In this document: piece by piece, positions 51,327 to 63,424 of the stretch | Layout of the letters: each line of letters begins with the position of its first letter | Numbering within the stretch: position 1 is the first letter of the stretch | DNA from: Eledone cirrhosa | Taxonomy: Eukaryota | Assembly (NCBI GenBank): GCA_964016885.1 | Contig: OZ024740.1 | Location: 16,988,001 to 17,052,000, forward strand | Reading direction: 5' to 3' | DNA: 64,000 nucleotides | Notes under the pieces: generated by a model | What the model was told of the DNA's origin: nothing | Seen by the model: the letters and a program-made list of their open reading frames with translations, nothing else | The model's database searches: none | Program-made: the position numbers and the translations under genes

Positions 51327-52122
51327 ATGATGTTTCGCGGCTTTTTGATCGGCTTATTCATTTTTTCCATGGCACGGAAATGGAGTATTTCCATTTCGAA
51401 TCAAAACTTTTCACTAAAATCGGGCAATTGGACTGATCAAATTCACATTCATGCCAGTTTTTACAAATCCATAATTAGAAATGTGGCGAAATCGAATGAC
51501 CAGAAGGTATAAAAATATTAATTCAAATGTATTTACTTATCATACCAACAAAAATACTTAGATATTTTGTATACCTGGGGCCCGTCAGGGCCAGGTAATG
51601 TTAATCGCCAACATTGTTATCTGTTGTCCTTTTGTGAAAGTATTGGTGGTTCATGTCGGCTCTAATGATCTGAATCCTCGTCGCACCGTTGGCACTACAA
51701 AGCTGTGCAAAGTAATACAATAATTTTTGCCCAAGTATTTTTTATTAATCATTTATTTGTAAATTAAGGACAAAGTGCCCATTCGAGGCACAAAACCGGA
51801 AAAACAGGGGAAGAGTCTCTTTGCAAGGCTACAGAAAATAGCGGAAAAGCACCACTGTACACCCATTTTCTACAGTGGTGTCATTCCACGTCCACAAAGT
51901 GTAATTGAAAATAAAAATGACTTGGGCAAGAGAAATTCTCGTTTGGAAAAGTTTAATTACTGCATGGAAGAAATTATTCAAAAATTGAACTTACCCAATC
52001 TTCACAACATTGAAAATTGGTCAAAATTTGACAAATCTGACTTCAAACCAGATATGATTCATTTGAACAATGTTGGAAATCTTAAATTGACACAAATTTT
52101 TGCCAATGTTTTTGCCACCTGA
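51327..52122 (+). CDS. Three-exon SGNH/GDSL hydrolase-like gene (exons ~51327-51506, 51562-51711, 51769-52122)
   Basis: Two phase-0 GT-AG introns (55 and 57 nt) join KSIIRNV (degenerate block I), IFCIPGA (II), VVHVGSNDL (III), SGVIPRP and DMIHLNNVG (V, DxxH). AATAAA lies at 52160. The start codon is uncertain. Confidence 0.75.
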
Positions 52123-52302
52123 TCCTTGTTCTATGGCTGACTGACTAATTTTGTGACTTAATAAAATGTCATCATACTAGTAATGCACAATGGTCATTTT
52201 TAAATTTAAATTTTATTAAATAGTTGTTGCTTGCATTGCTTTAAAATAGTAACAAGAATGTACTCATACTTTTTAAAAATACATCATTATCAGTCAAATC
52301 AG

Positions 52303-52662
52303 TCAAATGTCACTAAAAACCAGGTGGTCGATAACAACTTCTATAAGATTAGTTACATGCTCACACATTGGATCACCTCTCATCAATGGCATTGGGTGTC
52401 TGAGATAATCGTGGAGATAACTGATGAAGTCACAAATGAAGTGATGGTCTTCCAGTGTGAACAACTCCCTATATCCATTGATATATGTGATGGCTTCCGA
52501 TTCATAGGTGCATTTTATGAGGAATTCCATGCATCCGATTTTCAGTGATTCAATGGGCATTTTATCAGAGATGATAAGGTATTTGACCACGTTTTGCTTT
52601 GTAAGTAAATTGGAGAGAATCACTGCAGTCAAAGTCATTTCTTTGCATGGGTTTTTGTCCAT
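52303..52662 (-). CDS. BACK-domain-like (SPOP/BTB C-terminal helical) 119-aa ORF
   Basis: LTKQNVVKYLIISDKMPIESLKIGCMEFL fits the L..eNv..l..Ad....LK..C..FI pattern. An acceptor-like TTTTTAG lies just upstream of the ATG, and a minus-strand AATAAA at ~52212. Confidence 0.5.
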   Translation of the reverse strand: MDKNPCKEMTLTAVILSNLLTKQNVVKYLIISDKMPIESLKIGCMEFLIKCTYESEAITYINGYRELFTLEDHHFICDFISYLHDYLRHPMPLMRGDPMCEHVTNLIEVVIDHLVFSDI

Positions 52663-52935
52663 TCTAAAAAGTTAAAATGCTAAAGTATTACTACTATATA
52701 ACTTACATCTATTGTTGTAACACCATTGAAATGCACAAGTTTCACCAATTCACTATTATGCACTAATCATCTCAAATGCACTCATGATTTACTAGCTTTG
52801 TCATTAAGCCAGTTGCCTCAACTAGATTGCAATTATACTCAAAAGAACTTTAAAATGTCAATCACTTGTCAGTAATTCACTAATGATCATTTAATTATTA
52901 GATAGTTGTTGCTTGCATTGCCTTAAAAATAGTAG

Positions 52936-53962
52936 ACCAGATAGAAAAATGCGTACAGCAAAAAAAAAGTAATATTGTTGGAATATAAACCTTTAAAAAT
53001 ACAGGACAAGAAACTAAAATAAAACTTTAAAAGAATAGGACAAGAAACTAAGATAAAACTTTAAAGAATTGGACAAGAAATAAAAAATTTTACAATAATA
53101 TTAGTGGCAACATTTTTTTATTCGTTTCCTGTGCTATGCCTCAGTATCTTCTTGATTAGTGCATAATAATTGTCATACTCTCATTGTGCGTTGCCCCTGA
53201 GCCGTTGGTTCTGGTTGGGGTTGGTTGGCTGAGCAGTTCTGCTCCATCAGTATGACCATTGCAAGAAGAATTGGCCGATGCAGCTGCAGGTCTCCTTCAA
53301 GAATGCACTTCTGGTCCCGCAACACCAGACGAAGATGGAGAAGACGACCGGGACAAGATGTCGACTCTGACCACCGACTACGGCACCTCCCTCAACCACC
53401 GGTCCTCCCTCCCTCTGTCCCATCATCCCTCCAGTCCTCCTGCTCCCCCTTCCTGTACCAGAAAGCTGTGGCACGCATTCATCTGGACTGCCGGACTTGA
53501 ACTCAAGGACAAGATGCAAGGAGAAGATGGACGGGTTGGTCAAGATCAAGGATGGGCGGGACGACAAGACCGTCCGCTGCTGCTCAAGATCTGTGCTCAT
53601 GGGCCCATGGGTCCATTCACATTATGCATGACACATGAGGCGTGTCACAGAATGATGAAATAAGGGTATGGTTATGGCCCAATTGGTGTTCAAACCAGGA
53701 TCAAATGATCCCCCGGTCTGACGACGACCTCTGAATGTGGAACCCAGAGCCTATGAATGTGGAACTCGATTTTTTACCAATAAAAATTTTCCCACTAATA
53801 TTATTGTAAAATTTTTTATTTCTTGTCCAATTCTTTAAAGTTTTATCTTAGTTTCTTGTCCTATTCTTTTAAAATTTTATTTTAGTTTCTTGTCCTGTAT
53901 TTTTAAAGGTTTATATTCCAACAATATTACTTTTTTTTGCTGTACGCATTTTTCTATCTGGT
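52936..53962. repeat. ~171-bp inverted repeats (52936-53106 / 53792-53962) enclosing a GC-richer segment with an unidentified ORF 53259-53663
   Basis: The arms are near-perfect reverse complements. Confidence 0.88.
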
Positions 53963-54387
53963 ATAAAAATTCTTATAAAGTTGACAGCGATACAGGCAAC
54001 AAATAAATGAACAAACACACGTGGTAAGTGTGGGTATGGTGTGGCGTGCAGTGGCCGGAAGCGAGGGAGTGCTCGACCGGAAGGGTGCTTGGCCGGAAGG
54101 ATGCTCGACCGGAAGGGCCATCAGAGGGCCTCTCTAATGGTGACCAGCAACGGTGTGGACGCCAGTTTTAGCAGCTCCCGGTGTTAAGCAGTTGGACGCA
54201 CGTGGAAGAGGAGAGGCCAGCAATGGAATTTAGCGGCGCCGATGACAAGCGGTGAGATAGCTTTTTCTAACCACAAGCTATTTCGGCACTGGAAACTGAG
54301 ATCTGATTGGAAAAAAAAAAAGCTACTGGAAAAACAGAGAGGAGTCTGTTGTTTTTTTTTATCACGTACCGCAAGACAAATTAGAAG

Positions 54388-55122
54388 ATGGCGACAAGAC
54401 TACGAACAAGCGAAGCTATCAGGGCATTTACCGGGGAAGGTGATGTCGCTTGGCTGCGAAAAGTCTGGCTGGTCGCAAGCTTGCAGAAGATAGAAGATGT
54501 GGCTGGCCTCATGGCACTGTACCTCGAGGGGAACGCGTTGGTACTCTTCCTTCAGTTGGACGAACACAGCCAAAGAGATGCGCAAAAGATTGAGAGGCGC
54601 ATGATAGAAGCGTTCGCTAAGCTGGCAAGAATTAGATGGAACGGTGAACGCGTTGATATTTTCGCAGCGAAAATACGGCGATTGGCTATGTTGGCTGGAT
54701 ATCAGGTGGAATGCGAACGCACGGTACGGTTGGCGTTCATAAATAGATTTCCAGACGACATAGCGGTGAAACTGCAGCAAGTCCCGGGTTACAAAGAAAT
54801 GGAAATGCGTTCACTGGTGGAACAAGCCCGGATCATAGCAGAAGATGACAAAAAGAGTGTTGCGGCGATAGCAACTACAGAGGCTCAAGACAGCTGGCAG
54901 CGAAATGGTGAAAGGGAGGCAACCACGGCACACGGTCACCCGCGAACGTTTAGAGGTCGCTGTTTTCGGTGCCAGGGCCCGCACATGGCTAGAGACTGCA
55001 GAGAGTCAGAGCCGGAAATAATATGCTACCGGTGTAAGCGACCAGGCCACATCGCTATTAACTGCGACCAGGGAAACGATCCAAGGGGAACTACTGCGCC
55101 GGTAGTTGCCCCTTACGAGTAG
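54388..55122 (+). CDS. gag: Gag with two CCHC zinc knuckles
   Basis: CFRCQGPHMARDC and CYRCKRPGHIAINC. Confidence 0.88.
   Translation: MATRLRTSEAIRAFTGEGDVAWLRKVWLVASLQKIEDVAGLMALYLEGNALVLFLQLDEHSQRDAQKIERRMIEAFAKLARIRWNGERVDIFAAKIRRLAMLAGYQVECERTVRLAFINRFPDDIAVKLQQVPGYKEMEMRSLVEQARIIAEDDKKSVAAIATTEAQDSWQRNGEREATTAHGHPRTFRGRCFRCQGPHMARDCRESEPEIICYRCKRPGHIAINCDQGNDPRGTTAPVVAPYE
55071..55114 (+). promoter_or_regulatory. -1 programmed ribosomal frameshift signal
   Basis: G GGA AAC is in the gag frame, followed by a 5-nt spacer and the stem-loop AAGGGG-AACTAC..GTAGTT-g-CCCCTT. The -1 frame stays open into the protease N-terminus. Confidence 0.8.
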
Positions 55123-57882
55123 AGGCGCTGCCCGTGGTGGAAGTCTTCGTGAGGGGAAAGCCACAGCGAGCAGTACGACGACACTGGTGACCGCGGGAGT
55201 GGCGCAGAGGTGGAGAGGGAAGAGCAGCGTAAGGGCAGTCGATGGCAGGAAAATTGAATGCCGAGGTCGCAGCGAGATGGAAATAGCGGTACGGGGAAGG
55301 AAAATAAGGCTTTCTGCCATCGTATTGGACAGCGTGGTGGATGGGATCGGCGTGGTTATGGGCATGGACGCAATTAGCCGTCTAGGAGGCGTCACAGTGA
55401 ACAACGTCGGTGTGTCGTTTGGCGCCGCTGCATCGGTATGCGCTGTGAGTGCGCGACAGGAGAACCAGAATGCCCACGGGGAGAAATACCCCGCTTACAC
55501 TGTGCAGGACAAAGACTTCAAGGCCGTGTTCGATGGGCAGCGATGGGTTGTTGAGTGGTACTGGAAGGGAGAACCACCAACACTGAAGACCAAAGTGGGC
55601 TGCTATCAACACACATTGAAGGGAAACATTAGGAGCGAGTTCGAGCGAGAGGTAGAGAGATGGATTGAGGAGGGCATACTGCTTCCCTGGAAAGAGGAGG
55701 TGAAGTGCGGAGTATTGCCGTTAATGGCGGTGGCGCAACCCACGAAGAACAAGGTGAGGCCGGTGCTGGACTTTCGGGATCTGAACGAGCACGTGTCATG
55801 CCACACGGGTGGCGAGGTCACGGAAGTCTGTGGGGAAACCCTGCGTGAGTGGAGACGCAATCGTAGATCTAAACTCGGCATACTTGCAATTGCATATAGA
55901 TGAGAAGCTCTGGCAGTATCGGCTGGTCAGGTATAAGGGCCGGACATATTGCCTGACCAGGCTCGGTTTCGGGCTGAGCTCCGCACCGAAGATCATGGCG
56001 GCGGTCCTCAAGACCATTCTGGGAAAGGCCGACAAGATGAAGAGGGCCACTAACTCCTATATTGACGACATCCTAGTGGACGAGTCTGTGGTGTCGGCGG
56101 CGGAGGTCACGAGCCATTTACAGGGGTATGGACTGGCTGCAAAGCCGTCAGAAGTGTTGGAGGGAGGAGCCGCGCTGGGACTTAGGCTACGGCGAGACAG
56201 GACGGGCGTCTTGGTATTCCAGAGGGGAAATGAAGTTCCAGAATTGGGCCCAAGTATGAGTAGGCGGGAGCTTTTCTCGGTGTGTGGAAAGTTGGTGGGT
56301 CACTACCCGATTGCTGGGTGGCTCCGGACGGCATGCAGCTATGTCAAGAGACGAGCGGGAGGAGTGACAGAGTGGGAGAGAGGACGGTGGCCATGATGCA
56401 GGAGATCGTGAGGAGGGTGAAGGCCGACGACACAGTGCGGGGACGCTGGTATGTTCCCAAATCACAGAGCGGGACCGTATGGTTTGATGCCAGCAGCATG
56501 GCGCTGGGTGTCACGTTGGAGATAGGAGGTGTTGAGGTCGAGGATGCAGCCTGGCTTAGGAAGAAGGACGACTGCAACCACATCAATGTGGCCGAACTGG
56601 ACGCAGTGTTGAGAGGGGTGAATCTCGCCCTGAGGTGGGGACTACGCACCATCGAGATACGCACCGACTCGGCTACTGTACTCGGATGGGTGAGATCAGT
56701 GCTCACCAGTGAGAAGAGAGTGCGAACGAGAGGGGCGGCGGAGATGCTGATAAAGCGCCGCCTCGGAACTTTAGGAGAGCTGGCCACCGAGTTCGACCTG
56801 AGGCTGAGCGTAGTTTTCGTGCCCTCAGAGAAAAATAGGGCGGACATCTTAACTAGGGTGAAGAAAGCCTGGATGGAAGCGCCGGAGGAGGTAGAAGATG
56901 AGATAGCTGCCGTGTGTCGGCTGACCGAGTCGGATCTGAAAGGGTTGCATGACATGCACCACATGGGAGTGGATAGGGGCCTGTTCCTAGCCAGGAGAAT
57001 CGACTCGGACGTTAACAGACACAGTGTTCAAAGGGTGGTTAGAGGCTGCGTCCGATGTCAGTCCATTGATCCCGCCCCGAGTGTACACGAAACGGGAAGC
57101 CTCCCGGTGGATCACGACTGGAAGCGATTGGCGGTGGATGTAACGCACTACCGACAGGGAACGTACCTCTCGATGGTCGACTGTGGACCAGGACGGATGG
57201 CGATATGGAGGGAGATGAAGACTGGAACGGCCGAGGAAATCATGCGGACGTTGAGAGAGGTGTCCTTGGAGCGGGGCCCTGTGGACGAACTGCTGATGGA
57301 CAACAGCGCAGCGTTCTGCTCGGAGGCGCTGAGGGAGATGCTCGATGGATGGAAGGTGGACCGTTTCTTCAGAGCAGCGCACAGGCCGAGCGGGAATGGA
57401 ATTGTGGAGCGACACCACCGGACGATCAAAGCAATGGCGGAGCGGGGCCATATCTCACCAATGGAGGCAGTGTTCTGGTACATGTCCCCTCGGGTGGGAC
57501 AGGTCGAGGAATCGGTGCCACACAGAGCAGTATTCAGATACGAGTGGCGACACCGTGCACGCCACCACAACGGCCAGTGGGGAGAGAGAGTGCATTCGTG
57601 CAGGTGGGCGAAGAAGTCTGGGTTAAGCCCCCAGATGCACGTTGCACATCTCAATGGGGAAGGGGAACGGTGACGGCCGTAAATTCCCAGAACAATGTGT
57701 CCGTGGACGGAGTACCACGTCATGTCCTGGATGTCCATAGAATTACTGTGTCAACGGACTCCGAGGAAGAGGAAACCCAAAGTGCTGCCCCAACACTGCG
57801 GAGATCGCAAAGAAGTCGTAAACCACCAACCTGGACAGCAGACTTTCATATGCAGAAGGACGAGGGGGAAATTGATCCTTGA
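55071..57882 (+). pseudogene. pol: pol (protease lacking its DTG motif, RT YIDD, RNase H, integrase), frameshifted
   Basis: RPVLDFRDLN, RLGFGLSSAP, SYIDDI, WFDASS, INVAEL, H..H..CVRC and GNGIVERHHRTIK. Confidence 0.9.
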
Positions 57883-58263
57883 GATCAGGGGGACGTGTGG
57901 GTATGGTGTGGCGTGCGGTGGCCGGAAGCGGGGGAGTGCTCGACCGGAAGGGTGCTTGCCTGGAAGGATGCTCGACCGGAAGGGCCAGCAGAGGGCCTCT
58001 CTAGTGGTGACCAGCAACGGTGTGGACGCCAGTTTTAGCAGCTCCCGGTGTTAAGCAGTTGAACGCACGTGGAAGAGGAGAGGCCAGCAGTGGAATTTAG
58101 CGGCGCCTATGAAAAGCGGTAAGTGAGATAGCTTTTTCTAATCACAGTAAGCAATACACACAATTGCACATACACATACATACGTAAAAATAAATACATA
58201 CACACACATACATATGCATATACATATACACATACATACACACACACACACATATATATATAT

Positions 58264-58337
<74 letters not shown>

Positions 58338-58413
58338 CGAAGGAAATGTGGTAAGGAACCAGGTGGACCATAACGCACCAAAGTACTCAATACTTAGGGT
58401 AGTAGAGTGGGTA

Positions 58414-58524
58414 ATAGGAACAAGTAAGACCCCGACGGCTGAGCTCAAGCCGTTTCGACGGCTAATTCAGTCCAGAATTAGCCGTCGAAACGGCTTGAGC
58501 TCAGCCGTCGGGGTCTTACTTCTT

Positions 58525-58529
<5 letters not shown>
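58414..58529. repeat. Palindrome containing the 3' half of an HHR (related copy ~60926-60975)
   Basis: GAAA-CGGCT(tgagctc)AGCCG-TC-GGGG. The CUGANGA half is absent at the inversion point. Confidence 0.7.
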
Positions 58530-58599
<70 letters not shown>

Positions 58600-58862
58600 C
58601 GGCGATGAATTAGTTTTGCGAGGTTTTTTATATGAAATCGTGTGTCGAAACAAATATTGTTATACTTGGGGAGGGTCATATTTGTGTAATATTGCCAGAA
58701 TTAATAACAGAACACACTCACTGTTTGGTTGGTTTTCGCTTTTCGCTTCTGTGTCTTTTATATCGGTAATCTAATTTATTCGGTCCTCAATGTTGCCATT
58801 GATTGACCAACGGTAAAAAATAATACAGATACAATATAGACTCAAACACATATATATAGTTT

Positions 58863-58904
58863 ATCAAAGTTCTTTCGTTGCACATCTGCAACATCGTCAG
58901 TGGT
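58863..58904 (-). ncRNA. Type I hammerhead ribozyme in the PLE 3' pLTR
   Basis: ACCA-CTGACGA-t-GTTGCA(gatg)TGCAAC-GAAA-GAAC-TT-TGAT, the same architecture as 10624-10666. Confidence 0.72.
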
Positions 58905-59176
58905 GCTATTGTTTCCTCCCGTTACATTGTATGTCTACGCCATTTTTATTTAGTCTGTCTATATATTTATTTATTTATTTGTTTGTTTGTTTATTTTATT
59001 TTGTCTTCTTTGCGCATGTGTTTGCGTGTGTGTATAGTGTTTTGTTTGATGTGTGTTCGTGTTTGGGTGACTGTGTATTGGTTAATGTATTCTATCTTTA
59101 CTAGTGTGTGTTTATATGTGTTTGTTGTTATTGTGCTTGTGTATTTATTTATTTATTTATCTATTTATTTATTTAT

Positions 59177-60088
59177 TTATACTTCTCTTAGGTCAGTGTT
59201 GTTTGTTTGGGTGTTGTTGTTATTCCATTCATTCTTTCTGTTTAGTCTTGGCCTTCTAAGTTCTATTTCACTGGCCTCTCTGATTTGCCTATCTGCTGGG
59301 TCATTTCTATGTTTAGATATTATTCTAATTTCTATGTTGTCTATGTTACCGTCGTGTTGTTGTCTGGCATGTTCGTATAGTACTGAACCGTTTTTTCGTC
59401 CTTTTAGTTCCCCCCAGTGTTGGTCTATCCTTTCACCTATGCTACGAGCTGTCTCGCCTATGTATGATGTTGTCATGTTTCTGCAAGTCCCCTCTGTACA
59501 TCTTATGCTATAGACTACGTTTCTAGTTTTACAGTTTATCCGGGGGTTTACCTTACATATGATACATTTCCTATTAGTACAGTGGGTTTTCTTAAAAGGG
59601 TAGGTTTTGCTGATCAGGGATTTTATGGTGGTTCCTGGCTTTTCTGCCACCTTAATCTTTAAGTGGGTCTTTCTCAGGGACTTTCTACACTGGTTAGCTA
59701 ATTTCCCTCCAGGGGTAGCATCCACAAACATGACACTCTGGTATCTCTGGTTGTCGTACCATGAGGTGGCTTTCCCTATCTTATGTCTAGCCCTATCTAA
59801 GCTATTCCATGATTTGCTCCTGTATAATGGACAAATTCCTTTCATGTCCAGTTCTATGAGGGTCTTATACTTCTCCATGGCTCCTTCGTATACTCTGACT
59901 CTGTCTCTTTGGTTGTAGCCAGAGAACTGCATGCGGTTGATGAAGTGTTGGATGTGTCTTTCCATTTCTGTTGGGTCGCACATGCGGGACACATTCTTCA
60001 TCACTCGTACCAAATCTGCGATCAGAATATTAAACTTAGCACAACTGGACATTGCTGAGTTTTTGAGTATCAGGTATTTGGAGGCCAT
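59177..60088 (-). CDS. PLE RT thumb plus GIY-YIG endonuclease (5'-truncated)
   Basis: A 303-aa open frame with a Cys linker and GIY-YIG motifs. Confidence 0.88.
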   Translation of the reverse strand: MASKYLILKNSAMSSCAKFNILIADLVRVMKNVSRMCDPTEMERHIQHFINRMQFSGYNQRDRVRVYEGAMEKYKTLIELDMKGICPLYRSKSWNSLDRARHKIGKATSWYDNQRYQSVMFVDATPGGKLANQCRKSLRKTHLKIKVAEKPGTTIKSLISKTYPFKKTHCTNRKCIICKVNPRINCKTRNVVYSIRCTEGTCRNMTTSYIGETARSIGERIDQHWGELKGRKNGSVLYEHARQQHDGNIDNIEIRIISKHRNDPADRQIREASEIELRRPRLNRKNEWNNNNTQTNNTDLREV

Positions 60089-60328
60089 GGGTTTATCATA
60101 GTGTGAGTGGAGAATTTGGGCTCTCTCGTCTATAGTGTTAATCCAGAGTTCCGTGTCTAATACAGGTAGTCTATTGTTAGGGTGTTTGGAAGGGAATAAA
60201 TTAGGACCGAATAAATTAGATTACCGATATAAAAGACACAGAAGCGAAAAGCGAAAACCAACCAAACAGTAAGTGTGTTCTGTTATTAATTCTGGCAATA
60301 TTACACAAATATGACCCTCCCCAAGTAT

Positions 60329-60383
<55 letters not shown>

Positions 60384-60509
60384 TATACATACATATACAC
60401 AAACACATACATACAAATACATATACACACATATGTATGTGTGTAAAACTCATTCTTAGATGTATTCATATGAACCTTGTTTAACTCTTAAATATATATA
60501 TATATATAT

Positions 60510-60566
<57 letters not shown>

Positions 60567-60587
60567 CACACACATATATATACACAT

Positions 60588-60620
<33 letters not shown>

Positions 60621-60832
60621 TATATATATATATAAGAAAATACATAAATATTATATATATATAAAAATAAAAAGTTGGGAATACGACAAATAATAAATAA
60701 ATAATTAGAAAAGGGTATAAATGTTTATAGCTGATTTAGAGCACTCAACAAGTTCCTGGAGCAAATGATCAATGAAAATAAGCATTAAATCACTGTATAT
60801 AATTATGCATATACATACACACATACATATAC

Positions 60833-60863
<31 letters not shown>

Positions 60864-61045
60864 ACCATACAAATACACACACATATACATACACATACAT
60901 ACATATACGTATATATATACACATATAGGAAAAAGTATGACCCCCACGGCAGAGCTCAAGCCGTTTCTGAGGCTATTATATATATACACACAAAAACAAA
61001 TATATAAAAATACACACACACAAATAAACACACGCACACACACAC

Positions 61046-61216
<171 letters not shown>

Positions 61217-61315
61217 ATATACACACACACAAATACAACAGAAGCATATAAAATACAATTATATACACACATACATATGCATACAGATATATAAACATAC
61301 ATACCACATACATAT

Positions 61316-61387
<72 letters not shown>

Positions 61388-61612
61388 GCGCAACATACAC
61401 ACACAGAAATAAATATCTAAAAATAAAAAAGGTGGGTATGTGAAGGGTAAGGTAGAAAGTAGGGGGGAAAATAAGGAAAATAAATGACATAGGAAAAGGT
61501 TTAAATATAGGGGGAGATAAGGGAGAAAAAGAATATAAGAGTACAGAAAGTGAGTTCAGAAGGTAAAAAAAAAACCATAGTGGTTGTAAGGCGTAGAGAG
61601 CAGAGAAGAAGT

Positions 61613-62350
61613 TCAAGGTGGTTGAGTTATCGTAGGAATGTCAATCCAGTTACAGATCAGATGTGATTTCAGGTGAGGACAACATCTGAAGATCTCGGTC
61701 TTGGAGTTCAGGCAAGTTGAAGTGGCTTTCAAGTTTTGTAAAATCCTAAATTTTTCAGTGGTACACAAAGAACAATCCTTTGTGTCCCTTTGGTACTCCC
61801 TCGAATGGTCTAAAATAGACCAATCGATAGAGTACGGGATGTTTTTATCCTTGAATTCCCACACCTTATTTGCGAGAGCCGTTGCTGTTCTTTTATCGGA
61901 GTGTTTAAAAGAAGCGACATGTGCATAAAACCTGGTTTTTAACCTGTCTTGGGTCATGCCAACATATCGTTCACTCCTGGCTGGTTGGTTGTTAATTAAA
62001 GGTGTCACTTTGGCCTCATATACAACGGACTTGGTGTTACATTTGCCCTGTAATGGGCATTCATCCGGCTTCCTGCAACTGCATCCTGGATTTATTCTCG
62101 TACGATTGGAATTAGTGATTTTAGACTTCATTGATGGGCAGCAAGAGTAACTGATTTTTACTACATTTCTATTAAATATCTTATAATATCTATGATTAGG
62201 AGGAAAATGTTTATCTAAGAGGTCAAGGAATTTCCTTCCTACATTAGTTTTGACAGTTAGAGAGAAGGGGGGTGTAAACCAAATAATTTTCCTTTTCCTA
62301 TTATTATGGTTAGTTTTTTTGGGGGGGAGGTAAATAATTAATATGTTCAC
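61613..62350 (-). CDS. PLE (Naiad-like) RT C-terminus plus GIY-YIG, 5'-truncated
   Basis: [43 protein letters not shown] and LN.K.E..CPH. The clade name is an inference. Confidence 0.87.
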   Translation of the reverse strand: MNILIIYLPPKKTNHNNRKRKIIWFTPPFSLTVKTNVGRKFLDLLDKHFPPNHRYYKIFNRNVVKISYSCCPSMKSKITNSNRTRINPGCSCRKPDECPLQGKCNTKSVVYEAKVTPLINNQPARSERYVGMTQDRLKTRFYAHVASFKHSDKRTATALANKVWEFKDKNIPYSIDWSILDHSREYQRDTKDCSLCTTEKFRILQNLKATSTCLNSKTEIFRCCPHLKSHLICNWIDIPTITQPP

Positions 62351-62785
62351 CCATATATATATATATACTAAAAAAATGTAGCCAATATATATATATATGT
62401 AGCCATATATATATATATATATGTGAGAAAAAACAAAAGCAAATGATTATAATAGTTACTGCCTCCGTCTGCTGCATATGTACACACATGAAGAGGTGAT
62501 AATTGTCTGAATCTGACTATGAAATCATCATAACTAAGAGCAGGATTATTACAGAACAATTGTAACATGATAAACATATATTGTATTGGCCTTGTTGTTT
62601 TACTATACTCAGCAACCTAACGTTAATATTAGTCAGATGGTTATTGGTTCCTGAGATTACAACGACAGAAGGTACATGTAGTGTCCTTCGGGTGCCAAAT
62701 ACTTCATCTAAGTATACTTAACGAGATCACATCGAGTACTGAATGTCGTTTACGCCAGAATTACTATTATTATTATTATTATTAG

Positions 62786-63207
62786 GGCAGTGGATTGGCA
62801 GTATCGGTAGAGTGTCGGGCGCCATGCTTTCCAGCGTAGTTACGTCCCTTTACGGTCTGAGTTCAAATCCTGCCAAGGTTAACATCCCTACGGGGTCGAT
62901 AAAATAAAGTACCAGTAATACACTGGGATAATTGCTGACCTTGTGCCAAAAGTAGAAACAATTATTATTATTATTATTATTATGGTGGCGGTGGAGTGGC
63001 AGTAATCGGTAGAGCGTCGCACAAGATGCTTCACAGCTTGGAGTTATGGCCTTTACGCTCTAAGTTCAAATACGCCGATGTTAGCTTTGTCTTTCGTTCT
63101 TACGGGGTCGATAAAATAAAGTACCAGTAACGCACTGGGGTCGATTTAATCGACTTTCCCCTCCCCCCAAATTGCTGGCCTTGTGCCTATAGTAGAAATC
63201 ATTATTA
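62786..63207 (+). mobile_element. Two tandem Deu/Nin-domain SINEs separated by (ATT)n
   Basis: Both match the consensus. Confidence 0.83.
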
Positions 63208-63424
63208 TTAACAGTAGGATTGGATGGCAAAATAGATCAAGTAGCAGACGACATTGTTTACTATCTTTAGTTGTATACACATACATACATACATATATAC
63301 ACACATACATACATACGTACATACACACACACACATACATGCATACATACATATATACATATATATATATTCATACATACATACATAGATATAGATATAT
63401 TCATACATATATACATACATATAT

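Larger units (their letters stand above)
54029..58146 (+). mobile_element. Full-length Gypsy-type LTR retrotransposon, decayed
   Basis: LTRs 54029-54275 and 57896-58146 (TG..CA; about 11 substitutions and one 4-bp indel by eye). 5-bp TSD GTAAG at 54024-54028 and 58147-58151. PPT AGGGGGA at 57887. Domain order is gag-PR-RT-RH-IN. Confidence 0.95.
58600..60333 (-). mobile_element. Penelope-like element (Nematis-like), 5'-truncated, with inverted 5' pLTR piece
   Basis: RT C-terminus (PSKHPNNRLPVLD, FVDATPGG) and GIY-YIG (NVVY..YIGETARS..ER..H..LNRKNEWN). 60194-60333 is the inverse of ~58656-58785. The HHR lies at 58863-58904. Confidence 0.9.

Noticed and set aside
53718-53735. CTGACGA motif
   Set aside because: There is no stem II or GAAA, so it is a chance match.
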